Shown piece by piece: positions 41,035-52,389 of a DNA stretch of 64,000 nt (position 1 is its first letter; every line of letters begins with the position of its first letter). Position numbers and translations under genes: made by a program. The DNA comes from Microcoleus sp. (lineage in GTDB: Bacteria > Cyanobacteriota > Cyanobacteriia > Cyanobacteriales > Microcoleaceae), in the NCBI GenBank assembly GCA_052279835.1, contig CP181291.1:4128001-4192000 (forward strand), read 5' to 3'. The notes beneath the pieces were generated by a model that searched no databases, was not told the origin of the DNA, and was given only the letters and a program-made list of their open reading frames with translations.

Positions 41035-42346
41035 TTGAAATACTCCCCGGCGTAAACGCACGGGGATTCTTTACGCTTCATCGACTGACGCTACCTTCAT
41101 AGTCTTACTCTGTCTCTGCGTACATTTAGAGTCGTGGCGATTCCCCATCCCGACTTTCTCTATATTCCTAGCAGCATTTTTATCTCTATCTTGCTGGGTA
41201 CCACAACTTAGGCAAAGCACCGAACGAATAGATAAATCAATTTTGCCCCACTTAAATCCACAGTCTGAACAAAGTTGACTGGTAGGCTCCCACCGACTAA
41301 TCACCTTTAACTCCCGATCAAACTTTTCCGACTTAGCTTCACAAAGTGTTCTAAATTCGTACCATCCCTGCTGGCTGATTGCACGAGAAAGTTTCCGATT
41401 TTTCACCATCCCTGACACATTTAAATCTTCCAAAACAATTACTTGGTTTTCGTTAACTATTTTGGTTGACAACTTGTGCAGATAATCTTTACGAGTATCA
41501 GCAATTTGATTATGCAACTTAGCAATTTTGATGCGAGTTACATTCCGTCTTTTGGAATCTTTGGGCTGACGAGCTAATTTCCGTTGTAGTTTACGAACCT
41601 TCCGGTCTAACTTTTTATAGCTAGGACTTTGAGCTTTCTCGCCATTGCTCATCACTGCAAAGGTTTTAATCCCTAGGTCGATGCCGATGCTGGGATTTTT
41701 AGTTTCAGCCTGAACTGGTTCTATTTCTACAACAAAACTCAGGAAATAACGGTTTGCACAATCTTTAATTACCGTGACAGAACTAGGTTCAGATGGCAAC
41801 TTCCTCGACCAGATTGGATTGACAATTCCAATCTTGGCTAAATAGACACCACCGCCCTCCTTCAGGGAGAAACCGCGAAGGGTAAACCTAGCAGATTGAT
41901 TGTTAGTCCTTTTTTTGAACTTGGGATACCCAGTTTTACGCCCTTTTCTCTTCCCTTTACAGGAGTTGAAAAAGTTCTTAAAAGCTACCTCCAAATCGGC
42001 TACAGATTGCTGCAAAGGAACTACCGATACTTCGCTGAGCCAAGCTCTTTCTTCAGATTGCTTAGCCCCAGTTATTACTACTTTTTGTAGCTCGGCCGAA
42101 CTTAGCTTTTTTTTGGACTGTTTGCACAGGGCAAGAGCATCGTTCCAGGCCACTCGAACACAGCCAAACAATTGAGCCAAGCTCTGTCGTTGTTGGTTGG
42201 TTGGATAGATCCTGTACTGATACCTTGCTTTCATTGTTTTTGCTGTTTGAATTACTCGATTATACCATGATTTCCAGATTTAATTGACAGCATCAAAGAG
42301 AATTAAATCCGTCCTAAAATGACGGGGCTTCAGACCCAGCTTTTTG
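41035..42346 (-). mobile_element. IS200/IS605-family element carrying tnpB only
   Basis: Right end GAATCCCCGTGCGTTTACGCCGGGGAGTATTTCAA; left-end hairpin near 42308-42330; no tnpA. Confidence 0.85.
41071..42234 (-). CDS. tnpB: RNA-guided endonuclease TnpB, apparently intact
   Basis: YQYRIYP HTH; RuvC GIDLG, LEDL, DRDKNAA; zinc finger CSDC/CLSC. Confidence 0.95.
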   Translation of the reverse strand: MKARYQYRIYPTNQQRQSLAQLFGCVRVAWNDALALCKQSKKKLSSAELQKVVITGAKQSEERAWLSEVSVVPLQQSVADLEVAFKNFFNSCKGKRKGRKTGYPKFKKRTNNQSARFTLRGFSLKEGGGVYLAKIGIVNPIWSRKLPSEPSSVTVIKDCANRYFLSFVVEIEPVQAETKNPSIGIDLGIKTFAVMSNGEKAQSPSYKKLDRKVRKLQRKLARQPKDSKRRNVTRIKIAKLHNQIADTRKDYLHKLSTKIVNENQVIVLEDLNVSGMVKNRKLSRAISQQGWYEFRTLCEAKSEKFDRELKVISRWEPTSQLCSDCGFKWGKIDLSIRSVLCLSCGTQQDRDKNAARNIEKVGMGNRHDSKCTQRQSKTMKVASVDEA

Positions 42347-42388
42347 GTGAGATTAAATTTCTCAGCTAAACAATCACCACGATTATTT

Positions 42389-42880
42389 TTAGACCTTGGG
42401 TTCCTGAATCACAAAAACCGAGCAAGATGCGTGGTGAACGACATAATTGCTGACGCTACCGAGGAAAGCTTCTGCGATCCCCGTGCGCCCACGCCGCCCC
42501 AAGATGATTAAATCTGCGCCCCAATTTTGGGAATATTCACAGATACAATGGCCTGTATCGCCATCTATTTGGGAGTCAAATTCCACCTTTACTCCTTGAT
42601 TTGCTGCTGCGTCGCAGTAATTTTTCAGCAAACTCTCCCCTTGTTTGACTTCTTTTTCTAGCAACAAACGTTGAGTTTGATAAGCCTGATCCATTAATTG
42701 TACATTCATGCCCAAATCTACCGGAATTGGTACGGCAGACTCGCCCAAGGAGTTGACGGTGACGCAATGAAATAGCATCACAGCAGCTTGATTAGCCTTA
42801 GCTAATTCTAAAGTTTCGTTGAACACGCGGTGGCTCAATTCAGAGTCATCTAAGGCCGCAAAGATTTTCTGAAAACTCAT
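42389..42880 (-). CDS. Universal stress protein
   Basis: FQKIFAALD, ADLIILGRRG, LGSVSNYVVHHASCSV. Confidence 0.95.
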   Translation of the reverse strand: MSFQKIFAALDDSELSHRVFNETLELAKANQAAVMLFHCVTVNSLGESAVPIPVDLGMNVQLMDQAYQTQRLLLEKEVKQGESLLKNYCDAAANQGVKVEFDSQIDGDTGHCICEYSQNWGADLIILGRRGRTGIAEAFLGSVSNYVVHHASCSVFVIQEPKV

Positions 42881-42960
42881 TGATTAACCTCCGATGGTAA
42901 TTAATAAACAGCGACAAGGGAGAAAATGCCTTTGACTTTAGTTCACAATCTCTCTCACTT

Positions 42961-43671
42961 CTAGACTAACAGCCGTTCTAGGGCGTGCAAGTCGGGAATA
43001 CACAAAATGTCGCGTTCGCGCTGAATAGTTCCTTTTTTTTCCAGTTTGCTCAGCACCCGCGTTACTGTTTCCCTCGCTAGACCGCTGAGACTGCTCAATT
43101 CTCTGTGTGGGAGGTTGGGAATTTCTGTACCTCCTGTGGACATGATTTTCCCTTGTCCTTCTGCCAAAAATAATAGAATATCTGCTACTCGTGAGGTACT
43201 GTCGGACTCTCGCAAGCGGAGACGACGATTAACTTGTCGCAGCCTGCGGGCCATCAGTTGAGCCAGCCGAATCCCTGCTAGCGGCTCGGTGTGAATGAGT
43301 TGCACAAAATCCTGGGATGGCATATTGCCGATCAGTGTCGGAGCTAGGGTAATGACATCTGTCGATCGCGGTGTTTCTTCGATCGCCGCCATTTCACCGA
43401 ATAGCTCTCCTTTGCCTAAAATATTGAGCGTTACTTCTTTTCCGTCTAGGTTGTAGGTGCGAATTTTCACCCAACCATCCAATATAAAATACACAGATGT
43501 ACCCCAGTCATTTTCCAACAAAATCACTTGATTTGAAGGATGGCTGCGGGTAACAATGTGGACAGTTGCTCTCTCAATTACAGGATCGGGTAAGCCTAAA
43601 AAGAAAGGAGTGGATACTATCAATTGATTGATATTCGACTGCGGATCTCGGGTGTTAAAGCGGTCTTCCAT
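42961..43671 (-). CDS. Crp/Fnr-family regulator (SyCRP1-like)
   Basis: FGEMAA..PRST cNMP pocket; ARETVTRVL HTH. Confidence 0.93.
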   Translation of the reverse strand: MEDRFNTRDPQSNINQLIVSTPFFLGLPDPVIERATVHIVTRSHPSNQVILLENDWGTSVYFILDGWVKIRTYNLDGKEVTLNILGKGELFGEMAAIEETPRSTDVITLAPTLIGNMPSQDFVQLIHTEPLAGIRLAQLMARRLRQVNRRLRLRESDSTSRVADILLFLAEGQGKIMSTGGTEIPNLPHRELSSLSGLARETVTRVLSKLEKKGTIQRERDILCIPDLHALERLLV

Positions 43672-44455
43672 GAGGCCATCATTTTAATTTATGCGCTTGA
43701 GCTTTGCTGGGCAGTTAAAAATAGCTTGCAGCCGAGTCATTGAATTTAACAAACCAGAAACAAGAATCTAAAATTAGGAGTTTTACCTCTAAAGTTTTGC
43801 GGTCCCCGGTCAAAAGATGGAATTAATAGCCTAAATCTCCGATTGGGAGCTAGAAGCTAAAAAATATACCATAATTTTTGAGGTCAACACCTGTCACCGA
43901 AGTTTAGCTACATAATTGTAGCAGCCTAGTCTGCGAGTCAGAGGATGTGACTACCTTTGTCAAGCAGCTAGCGAGAGATAGTTTAACACTGCTGAGAGCT
44001 TTGTTGTCAGGAGACCCCAACAGTCTATTGGTACAGTCCGCTAATATGTCATGCCAGTAACAAAATAGGATTTTCTACTGGCGAGCAACTCTCCCAGGTC
44101 AGCATCAATGGAAGATTCGGGGGAATAGTAGCCTCAAGGTTGGCGATCGATCTTGCGAGACTGGCGAGTTGTCTTAGCAACCTATCAGAGAACCCCCAAA
44201 ACATTGTACCATTAATGTCTAGCCATAGATAAAGATAAAAAGCTATCATCAATTCTTACCGATCGCAAGGCAAAACATAGATAGTAGTTGGCAAGAAGTA
44301 AAAAGAACCCTACAGATGGTCGGGCCCAAAAATACTACACCCGAAACAGGGGGATTGCATCCTGATTAATCTATGTATTTGAACATGACTCTCCCATGAC
44401 TTCAGCCTTTTTTTGGTAAAGTTTTTCGCAAGCCGCATTCTTAGAGGTTCCGCCC

Positions 44456-47400
44456 TTGAATTCTCAGAAGTACAAAATTCAAGCACTAATTGCTGAGATT
44501 GATGAGGTACTCAGCAAACCCGTACCCCGACTACCTTGGACGGGTTCGATCGATCTCGTGCACCAGCGTCAACTTTTAGAGCGAGTTCGCACCTATCTGG
44601 TTTCCCCAGACTCAAAGCTAATGGTGCCAGACAAACCAGCCAACAGCCCCCAGATGCGCCCGCAACCAGTTCCAGTACCCAAAGTGCCACTGGCGACAAA
44701 TCAACACTCAACCACAGAGCAAATCTTACAAGCAGTCACCGGAGAAATCAGCCATTTGCGAGAAAAGCTGACTGGTCCACTGCAAGAAGACATAGAAGCT
44801 CTCCGTCAACAACAGCAGGCTCTGGTTCAAGAAATCAAGGAGCTGGAAGTCAGACGTCAGCAGCAACAATCCTTAGCTCAGCAACAAGCCCACCAACAGC
44901 AAATCATTTCGGAATTTTTGCAAGCAGTCACCAGCCGCCTGCAAGAAACCTGGCTCGGCAATTTATCCCCAAGCCCCCAAGCAACTACCTCGGACTCCCT
45001 GGAGGTGCATCCACAAGCCCCAGGAGAATCATCGGTGCCGACATCGGCCCCCAGGTTGGAACAACTGCAAGAATTCGAGACTGAAGCCGATCGCCTCCTC
45101 ATGAGACTCGATTCTACAATGCACATTGTATTCGAGGCTTTGCAAGGAAATTTGGAAAGCTATCAAGCCTCTTTGTCCCAAGGACTCGAAAAAATGCACG
45201 GTTTGGGTCAACAGAGCGAGATGATGTTTACCGCTTTGGTGAGCCACTTGGCCGAGGAGTTGGGGTCGAGAAGCATCATCCTATCTACAGCAGCCCATCG
45301 ACTTGTCGAACCTCGGAAATACCACTTTCACCAGCGAGATACTACCAAACACCTCTCAAACCCAGTTAGCTACCGAGACTCCCAGAGCAGAAATGGCGAT
45401 CGCCCCTGGGAATAGTAGCAACCAACTCGCAGAACAAGAAAGACTACCCTATGCGGGAACCGAAATTTCTTCCCAATTCGGACAGTTGAAACGCGATCGT
45501 ACTTCCGTAGCCATTTCGCTCCCGGATTTGGAAGCAAACTTGTTCGGTTCCGGGCCGCAAGTCGATCCACCAACAACTCCCTTTCCAGGGGCTGAATCCG
45601 AAACACCATCGGCAAAAACTGATGAAGAGGTTGAGGATGTTTATGCTAATTTATTTCTGGAAGCAGAAGTTGCAGAACTAGACCTGGAAAACTTCGTTAT
45701 AGAAAATACCGCAACTGCTACCGAAAGTAAATTAATCCCCTCTGAAAATCAGCCAGTAGTTGCCAGTGAATCATCCCTAGATAGTCAGGGATTAGATTTG
45801 TTTGGAGAACTAGAATTTGAGGATTCCTCTGCATCAAATCAGCCAGTAGTTCCCAGTGAATCACCACTAGATAGTCAGGGATTAGATTTGTTTGGGGAAC
45901 TGGAATTTGAGGATTCCTCTGCATCAAATCAGCCAGTAGTTGCCAGTGAATCATCACTAGATAGTCAGGGATTAGATTTGTTTGGGGAACTGGAATTTGA
46001 GGATTCCTCTGCATCAAATCAGCCAGTAGTTACCAGTGAATCACCACTAGATAGTCAGGGATTAGATTTGTTTGGAGAACTAGAATTTGAGGATTCCTCT
46101 GCATCAAATCAGCCAGTAGTTACCAGTGAATCACCACTAGATAGTCAGGGATTAGATTTGTTTGGAGAACTAGAAGCTGAGGATTTATCTGCATCAAATT
46201 CCAGCTTGTCAGGAAATGATGAAGCGCTAAATGCGACGAACGAGTTGTTTCAAAATCTATTAAATGAAGATGAATCAGAGGCAGGATTTTTAGTAGGTGA
46301 AAATTCCGAGGAGCTAACTTTAGAGACTCCAGATTTAGGGGAACAGCAAGTGACAACACTACCCCTGTCTCCAGAACCAACCATGCCCAAAGTCGAGCCA
46401 CAACGACTGGGGAATCAAGGAGCAAATCCAGCAACTGCATCTAGCCAAAGTGAACTATCAGCTACTGAGGCCGGGACTCAAACCCGATCGACCTCTGAGC
46501 TACCACGGGCTTTGAGAAGCAGGGGAGAAAGTAGTTCCACATCCCAAAGCGCGCCAACTAATTTAGAACCCAGTAATCTCGCCCCTGAAGATTTTTATAT
46601 CCAAGCTTCACCGGACGAAAATTTGCTACCGATAGATTCCTCTCAGGAGGAAGAGGTCGATCGCTCCCTGAACTTGGACAGCGATATTCTGGAACAATTA
46701 GAGTCAGACCTTTACAGTCTCGAAGGAATAGAAAATACTAGCCCCAGACCATCCCCAGGCTCCACAAAAGTCAAATCCGGTTTCTTTGCCGATGCTGAGG
46801 CTAACACAGCAAACCCTTTTCCAGAAATGGCAGAGGCAGAACTCGGCACCCTAGAAGATTTGTTCCCAGATATCTTGCAAGAATCATCGGAGGATGAAAT
46901 TTTTACTTTAGAAGACGATCTGGATTCTGATTTATTGACTCAAGAGGAAGCAGCGAATGTCACTCTAGACGATATTTTGGCTAGTTTGACCCCAACACAT
47001 GAAAATCCGATTAATTCTGCCAATCCTTCCCCAGAAACTGCCGCAGAAACTACCAGAATGCGGTCGAATTCCCCAAAAAGTCAAAAAAAAAACCTAATTT
47101 CGATCGAGAGTAACAAAGCAGCATCAGTTCCCAATTCGGTTGCAGGCTCCATCGCTCCTTCATTCCCCGAATCTCCCACTCCAGCGCCCCAGCGCCCCAA
47201 TTCTCACTGGTATTTAAGCATTGACTTCGGCACCTGCGGGCTTTCGGCGGCTTTGGTCGATCGGCAAAAACATCAGTTGTACCCAATTTACTGGGAGAAA
47301 CAACCCTCAGAAACATCCTCTAATGATGCTTATGAGCCTGTTACTACTTGTCGCATTCCCTCGGTGGCAGTTTTGGCAAAAACAGCCACCGAGGGTCTAG

Positions 47401-49043
47401 GACAGCAAATAAGCGTCAAGTCGGTGGGCGATCGACCACCGACTTTGCTAGTTGGGGAGTTGTTGCTGCAAAATTTCAAACTACCTTTGAAGGTGGGCAT
47501 TCCCTATCTGCGGGAAACAGGAGTTGTCTATGAGCCTCTGTTGCAGTTTTCCCAGGAGCAGGCTATTTCTATCGCTTTGCCCCTCAACGGTTTGCGGGCG
47601 CTGTTGACTACTTTAAATCCCAGCTTACAGGGGCAGAATGATGATTTGTCAATGCCTAATTTCATCTGTCGAGCTTCGGGATTGGAGAAGGAAACTCTGG
47701 ATCGAGCGCTGCAAAACTTACGCGGCGTAATTTTGGGGACTCCCGCCCATTGGTCCGATGCTTATCGGTTTAACCTGCGGGAGGCGGTTTTGGGTGCGGG
47801 ACTGGTGGCAGAAGGTGAGCAAGTTTTTGTGGTGGAAGATGCGATCGCCACTTTGCTTTCTGCCGTAACTCCTGTGACAAATGCCTATTTTGGGCAGTCG
47901 GAAACCGGGGAATCGATCGCTGAGGAAAATCCCGCATCAAACCGACAGTTAGTGCTTCATAGTTCGTCTTTTTGCGGGGGAACTTTGATTATAAATGCGG
48001 GGGCGACGACAGTGGAATTGGGTTTAGTTGATTTGCCCGAAAATAGTCAACATTTAAGTTATACTGATTTTGCTTGCCAAAGTTTTGCTTTTGCTGGCAA
48101 TGCTTTCGATCAAGATATTATTTGTCAGTTATTAGCAAAAAATGAAACCTTTGGAATGTCGCTGGATTTACCTCGTCCTGGACATCCAGATTTACCCAGT
48201 CGTTATCAATTGCAGCAGCGCTTACAAAGTTCCACTTTGGGTCTGCAATTGTTGGAAGCTGCCCGACATTTGAAGGTGATTTTGCAGCATCAAGAAAGCT
48301 TTGTTTTGGATATTGGCGAACAACGTTGGAATGTGCGGCGGCAGGATTTGGAAAGTCAGGTTTTAGTGCCTTTTGTGCAGCAGTTGAACCGCGAATTGAA
48401 TGTTTTGTTGAGCCGTGTCGGAATGTCGCCAGTGGGCATAAATCAGGCTATTTGTGCTGGGGGAATGGGCGCTTGGCCGGCGATCGCCCGTTGGCTGCGA
48501 CAGAAACTCCCGAATGCGATCGTGGTTCAATACCCAGAATTTGAGGATGTGAAAATCAGTCGCGTGGCTTGCGGATTGGCGAGTGTAGCTGTTTATCCTC
48601 AAATTTTAGATGCTTCGAGGCATCAATACGGCAACTTTTTTATTCTGTGGGAATTAATGCAGGTGCTGGGGGAAGCAGCTATGAGGTTTGAGCAAATTTT
48701 GCAGTTATTGGAACGCCGTGGCGTGAATACTCGCACCTGTGAGTCCCGGATTTTGGGAATTTTGGCGGGAAATTGGACGGCGGGACTTTTGCCCGATCGC
48801 ACCGATTTAATGTTGTTAGCGCCGGATTCTCAGCAAAATCCTGATTGGGAGGCGATCGGGGCCGCACCGCTATTCCTTCAAGAGGGCGATTCCCTACGGG
48901 ATAGCTGCGCTTCACGGACTTATAGTTTGAATATTCCACAGGCTTCTATAGTGCGGGAATATTTGACCAAACTCGCCTCTAGCAGTCAGCAAAAAATCTT
49001 AGAACCCCTCACAATTGCTTGGGGTGTTCGGACAAATAGTTAA
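44456..49043 (+). CDS. Large protein: coiled coil + acidic repeat linker + atypical Hsp70/actin-like ATPase domain; apparent one-base frameshift at 45262-45265
   Basis: Deleting one G in TTGGGGTCG gives ELGREASSYLQQPIDLSNLGN, joining ORFs 44456 and 45303; SIDFGT, INAGATT, AGGMG motifs. Confidence 0.75.
45747..46198 (+). repeat. Five 90-bp (30-aa) intragenic tandem repeats
   Basis: AGCCAGTAGTT recurs at 45751, 45841, 45931, 46021 and 46111. Confidence 0.95.
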
Positions 49044-49086
49044 TAGATTCCCCATGCTCTATTCCCATTCAATGCAGGAGTAATCG

Positions 49087-49929
49087 ATGTTGTTAGAATT
49101 AGCGATCGGCGATGCTTATGGTGCCGGTTTTGAATTTGCCCCGCAGCAAACAATTGAATTGTACAATAATCTCCACGGCTACCTCAAGCATCCCTTCCAC
49201 GATATCTCACCCGGATGCTACACCGATGATACTCAGATGAGTTTAGCAATTGCTGAAGCGATCGTTAGCCAAGAACCTTGGACACCGGAACTTTTAGCCC
49301 GCAAATTCATTGCAGCTTTTCATCGCGATCGCCGACTTGGTTATTCCGGTAAGTTTTACAATTTTTTACTGCAAGTTCAAGACGAAACAGAATTTTTAGC
49401 CAAAATTAACTCCGCTAGCGATCGAAGTGGAGCCGCGATGCGAGCAGCCCCCATTGGCATTTTTCCGAGTATTGAAAAAGTCATCGAAAATGCTACCATT
49501 CAAGCAGCAATTACCCACAACACTCCCGATGGCATTAATGCAGCTAGAGCCGCTGCTTTGATGTGCCATTACTTTATTTATCAGCTAGGTTTAAAGCAGA
49601 ATTTGGGCAATTTTCTGGAAACTCACATAGCGGGTCAATGGTCAATTCCTTGGCAAGGAAAAGTTACATTAACAGGTGTAGTCTGTGTCAGAGCAGCTAT
49701 TACTGCTGTGATGCGAAATGATAGTATGAGCCAACTGCTCCAAGATTGCATTGCCTTTTCGGGAGATGTAGATACAGTAGCAAGTATTGCTTTAGCCGCT
49801 GGTTCTTGTAGCAGGGAAATTGCCCAAGACCTTCCCGAAAACCTGGTGCAAGGATTAGAAAATCTATATTACGGTCGAGATTATATCAGAGAACTGGACC
49901 AACAATTAATGATTTGTATTGTTAAGTAA
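49087..49929 (+). CDS. ADP-ribosylglycohydrolase family protein
   Basis: AIGDAYG, YTDDTQM, GAAMR, THN, GDVDT. Confidence 0.93.
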   Translation: MLLELAIGDAYGAGFEFAPQQTIELYNNLHGYLKHPFHDISPGCYTDDTQMSLAIAEAIVSQEPWTPELLARKFIAAFHRDRRLGYSGKFYNFLLQVQDETEFLAKINSASDRSGAAMRAAPIGIFPSIEKVIENATIQAAITHNTPDGINAARAAALMCHYFIYQLGLKQNLGNFLETHIAGQWSIPWQGKVTLTGVVCVRAAITAVMRNDSMSQLLQDCIAFSGDVDTVASIALAAGSCSREIAQDLPENLVQGLENLYYGRDYIRELDQQLMICIVK

Positions 49930-50021
49930 AGTGACCGCAAAAATGTTAACTTAAAAGCTTCCTTCTTCCTTCTTCCTTCTTCCTTCTTCCTTCTTCCTTC
50001 TTCCTTCTATCTTCTGAATTT

Positions 50022-50540
50022 ATGAATTTGCCTAATTTAATTACTTTTTCTAGATTGCTGGGAGTGCCTTTTCTCCTGTACGGTTTATACGATCCAAGCG
50101 TGCAAAGTCGCTGGATTTGTGTGGCAATTTTTGTGTTGGCGGCGGCTACAGATTGGCTGGATGGCTATTTGGCTCGGAAACTCAATCAAATTACCGATTT
50201 GGGGAAGTTTCTCGATCCTTTGGTGGATAAATTGTTAGTGTTAGCGCCACTTTTAGTTTTGATTGAGTTGGGTAGAGTCCCAGCTTGGGGTGTGTTTCTA
50301 ATTTTGGCAAGGGAGTTGACAATCGCTGGGTGGCGTGTTAATAAAACTAAAATTTCTGGTGCTAATATCTGGGGTAAACTGAAAACAGTCAGTCAAATTG
50401 TGGCGATCGCGCTTTTAATTGCTCCCCTTTCTGAAGCGGGGAATTTTCCTGCATTAATTGCTTTTTGGGTTTCTGTGGCTTTGACTTTGATTTCTGGGCT
50501 GATTTATCTTTGGCCGGAACAGGTGGCTGAGGAAAAGTAA
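50022..50540 (+). CDS. pgsA: CDP-diacylglycerol--glycerol-3-phosphate 3-phosphatidyltransferase
   Basis: NLPNLIT, TDWLDGYLARK...GKFLDPLVDK, GKLKT. Confidence 0.95.
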   Translation: MNLPNLITFSRLLGVPFLLYGLYDPSVQSRWICVAIFVLAAATDWLDGYLARKLNQITDLGKFLDPLVDKLLVLAPLLVLIELGRVPAWGVFLILARELTIAGWRVNKTKISGANIWGKLKTVSQIVAIALLIAPLSEAGNFPALIAFWVSVALTLISGLIYLWPEQVAEEK

Positions 50541-50626
50541 TATTAAGGCCAATTACTGATAAATATTCTCTGGGTGTTAACCAAATGAATTATACATTTT
50601 CATAAAAATATCAAATCTAAAATCCA

Positions 50627-52078
50627 ATGAAATTAGGGATTAGGACTAAATTGTTGGCTAGTTTTGGAGCTTTGACTGCCTTACTCGCAGGTGTGGGGTT
50701 TGTCGGTTGGCGCAACACCGTTGAACTAGGACAAGATGCACAGAAATTATACGCATATCAAGTTAAAGGGACAGTGGCTCTAGCCAACTCAGAGTCGGCT
50801 TTGTGGAAGTTGCGTTACGGCTTTCCTCAGTTTATCGTTCAACCAGAGAGGCGATCGGCAATTTTAGCCGAAGAGCCAAAGTTATACAAAATAATTGACG
50901 ATAACCTAGGAGAATACGCCAAAGGTGAAATCGCACCAGAAGAGCAAGCAGCTTTCAAAAAAGTCCAAGATGCTTATCAAAGGTATATTTCAGCCAGACC
51001 TCGATGGTTTGAGTTGCAGCAAGCTGGCAAAATTCAGGAAGCTGCTGAGTATCGCGCAGCTACGACAACTCCCTTTGGTGCTGAAACAGTTGAGGCTTTT
51101 TCCACACTGATCGAGCTCCAGCGAAAAGTTGGAGAAAAAAAACATGATGAGATTGAAGCGAAAATTCGGAGTTTGACAGTGCTGCTGGTGGTTATTCTGG
51201 TGTTTGCTTTGTTAGCCGCGGCAGTTCTGACGGCGATCGTCAGCCATGATATTGTTAACCCCATAGTCAAATCTGTGAAGAAGATTGCGGCTTCTTCTAC
51301 CCAAATCACGGCCGCAGTGGCTCAGCAGGAATACACTGTGTCTCAACAAGCTAATGCTGTGAATCAAACGACTACCACGATGAATGAGTTAAGTGTTGCT
51401 TCGGAAGTTTCAGCCAAGCAAGCAGAAGCCTCAGCAGTCTCGGCTCATCAAGCGCTAACATTAGCTGATTCCGGTCGTCAATCCGTAGAAAATACAATGA
51501 ATGGGATAGTAAATCTTCAAGAAAAAGTCGAAGCCATCGCCAAACAGATTAGTTACTTAAGTGAAAATGCGGTTAAAATTGGTGGAATTTCTGACTTAGT
51601 AGCAGATATTGCTAACCAAACTAATATGCTAGCTCTTAATGCCGCCGTCGAAGCAGTCCGTGCTGGCGAAAATGGTAAGGGTTTTTCGGTGGTTGCTACA
51701 GAAATTCGCCGTCTGGCTGATGAAAGCAAAAAATCAGCAGAGAAAATTAATGGTCTGGTAACGGAAATTAAAATGGCGATCGACCAAACAGTTAAAGTCA
51801 CAGAGGAAGGAGCCAAAACAGCGGATAAAAGTATTCAACAAGCCCAAGGAACCACAACAATTTTGGGGGGTGTAGCAGAGTCGATAGACAAGGTATTTTT
51901 GAACAACCAACAAATTTCTCTCAATGCTAACCAACAGGCGATCGCCATTCAACAAGTCCTGGAAGCGATGAACAATGTTAACTTAGGCTCGGCAGAAACT
52001 GCCACTAGCCTCGCTCAAGTTAAACTATGTACGGAACTGCTCAACGAAACCGCAGCAGAACTTAAAAAGCTATCTTAA
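50627..52078 (+). CDS. Methyl-accepting chemotaxis protein with periplasmic four-helix sensor
   Basis: Two TM helices; IANQTNMLALNAAVEAVRAGENGKGFSVVA. Confidence 0.95.
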   Translation: MKLGIRTKLLASFGALTALLAGVGFVGWRNTVELGQDAQKLYAYQVKGTVALANSESALWKLRYGFPQFIVQPERRSAILAEEPKLYKIIDDNLGEYAKGEIAPEEQAAFKKVQDAYQRYISARPRWFELQQAGKIQEAAEYRAATTTPFGAETVEAFSTLIELQRKVGEKKHDEIEAKIRSLTVLLVVILVFALLAAAVLTAIVSHDIVNPIVKSVKKIAASSTQITAAVAQQEYTVSQQANAVNQTTTTMNELSVASEVSAKQAEASAVSAHQALTLADSGRQSVENTMNGIVNLQEKVEAIAKQISYLSENAVKIGGISDLVADIANQTNMLALNAAVEAVRAGENGKGFSVVATEIRRLADESKKSAEKINGLVTEIKMAIDQTVKVTEEGAKTADKSIQQAQGTTTILGGVAESIDKVFLNNQQISLNANQQAIAIQQVLEAMNNVNLGSAETATSLAQVKLCTELLNETAAELKKLS

Positions 52079-52182
52079 TTCAAAACCCCGATCGCTCTGT
52101 GCACTTATCCAAACTGTCCCTATCTCTCGCGATCGCTTCTTTTATACTCTCTATTCTTGAAGTTAATCCACCGAAAGATATA

Positions 52183-52307
52183 TGGCTCTCTCGGATATTT
52201 TGTGAAAAATGTAGCAATCAATACTAAATTTCTTAATCGTGAAAGCTCAAACCCTTGATTTTGCAAAATCATAAGCATTACTTATCACCAAATATCCGAG
52301 AGAGCCA
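52183..52307. mobile_element. MITE, 125 bp
   Basis: Perfect 18-bp terminal inverted repeats TGGCTCTCTCGGATATTT / AAATATCCGAGAGAGCCA. Confidence 0.8.
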
Positions 52308-52389
52308 ATCAGAAGTTCTGCTGGGGGGAATGAATCAGAGAAATAAAAATAGCCCGCAGTGGCGGGCTTTGTGTTTGTATTCTGATTGT

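Noticed and set aside
43700..44450. Long intergenic region as an sRNA or CRP-site locus
   Set aside because: No convincing TGTGA-N6-TCACA site or RNA structure found by eye
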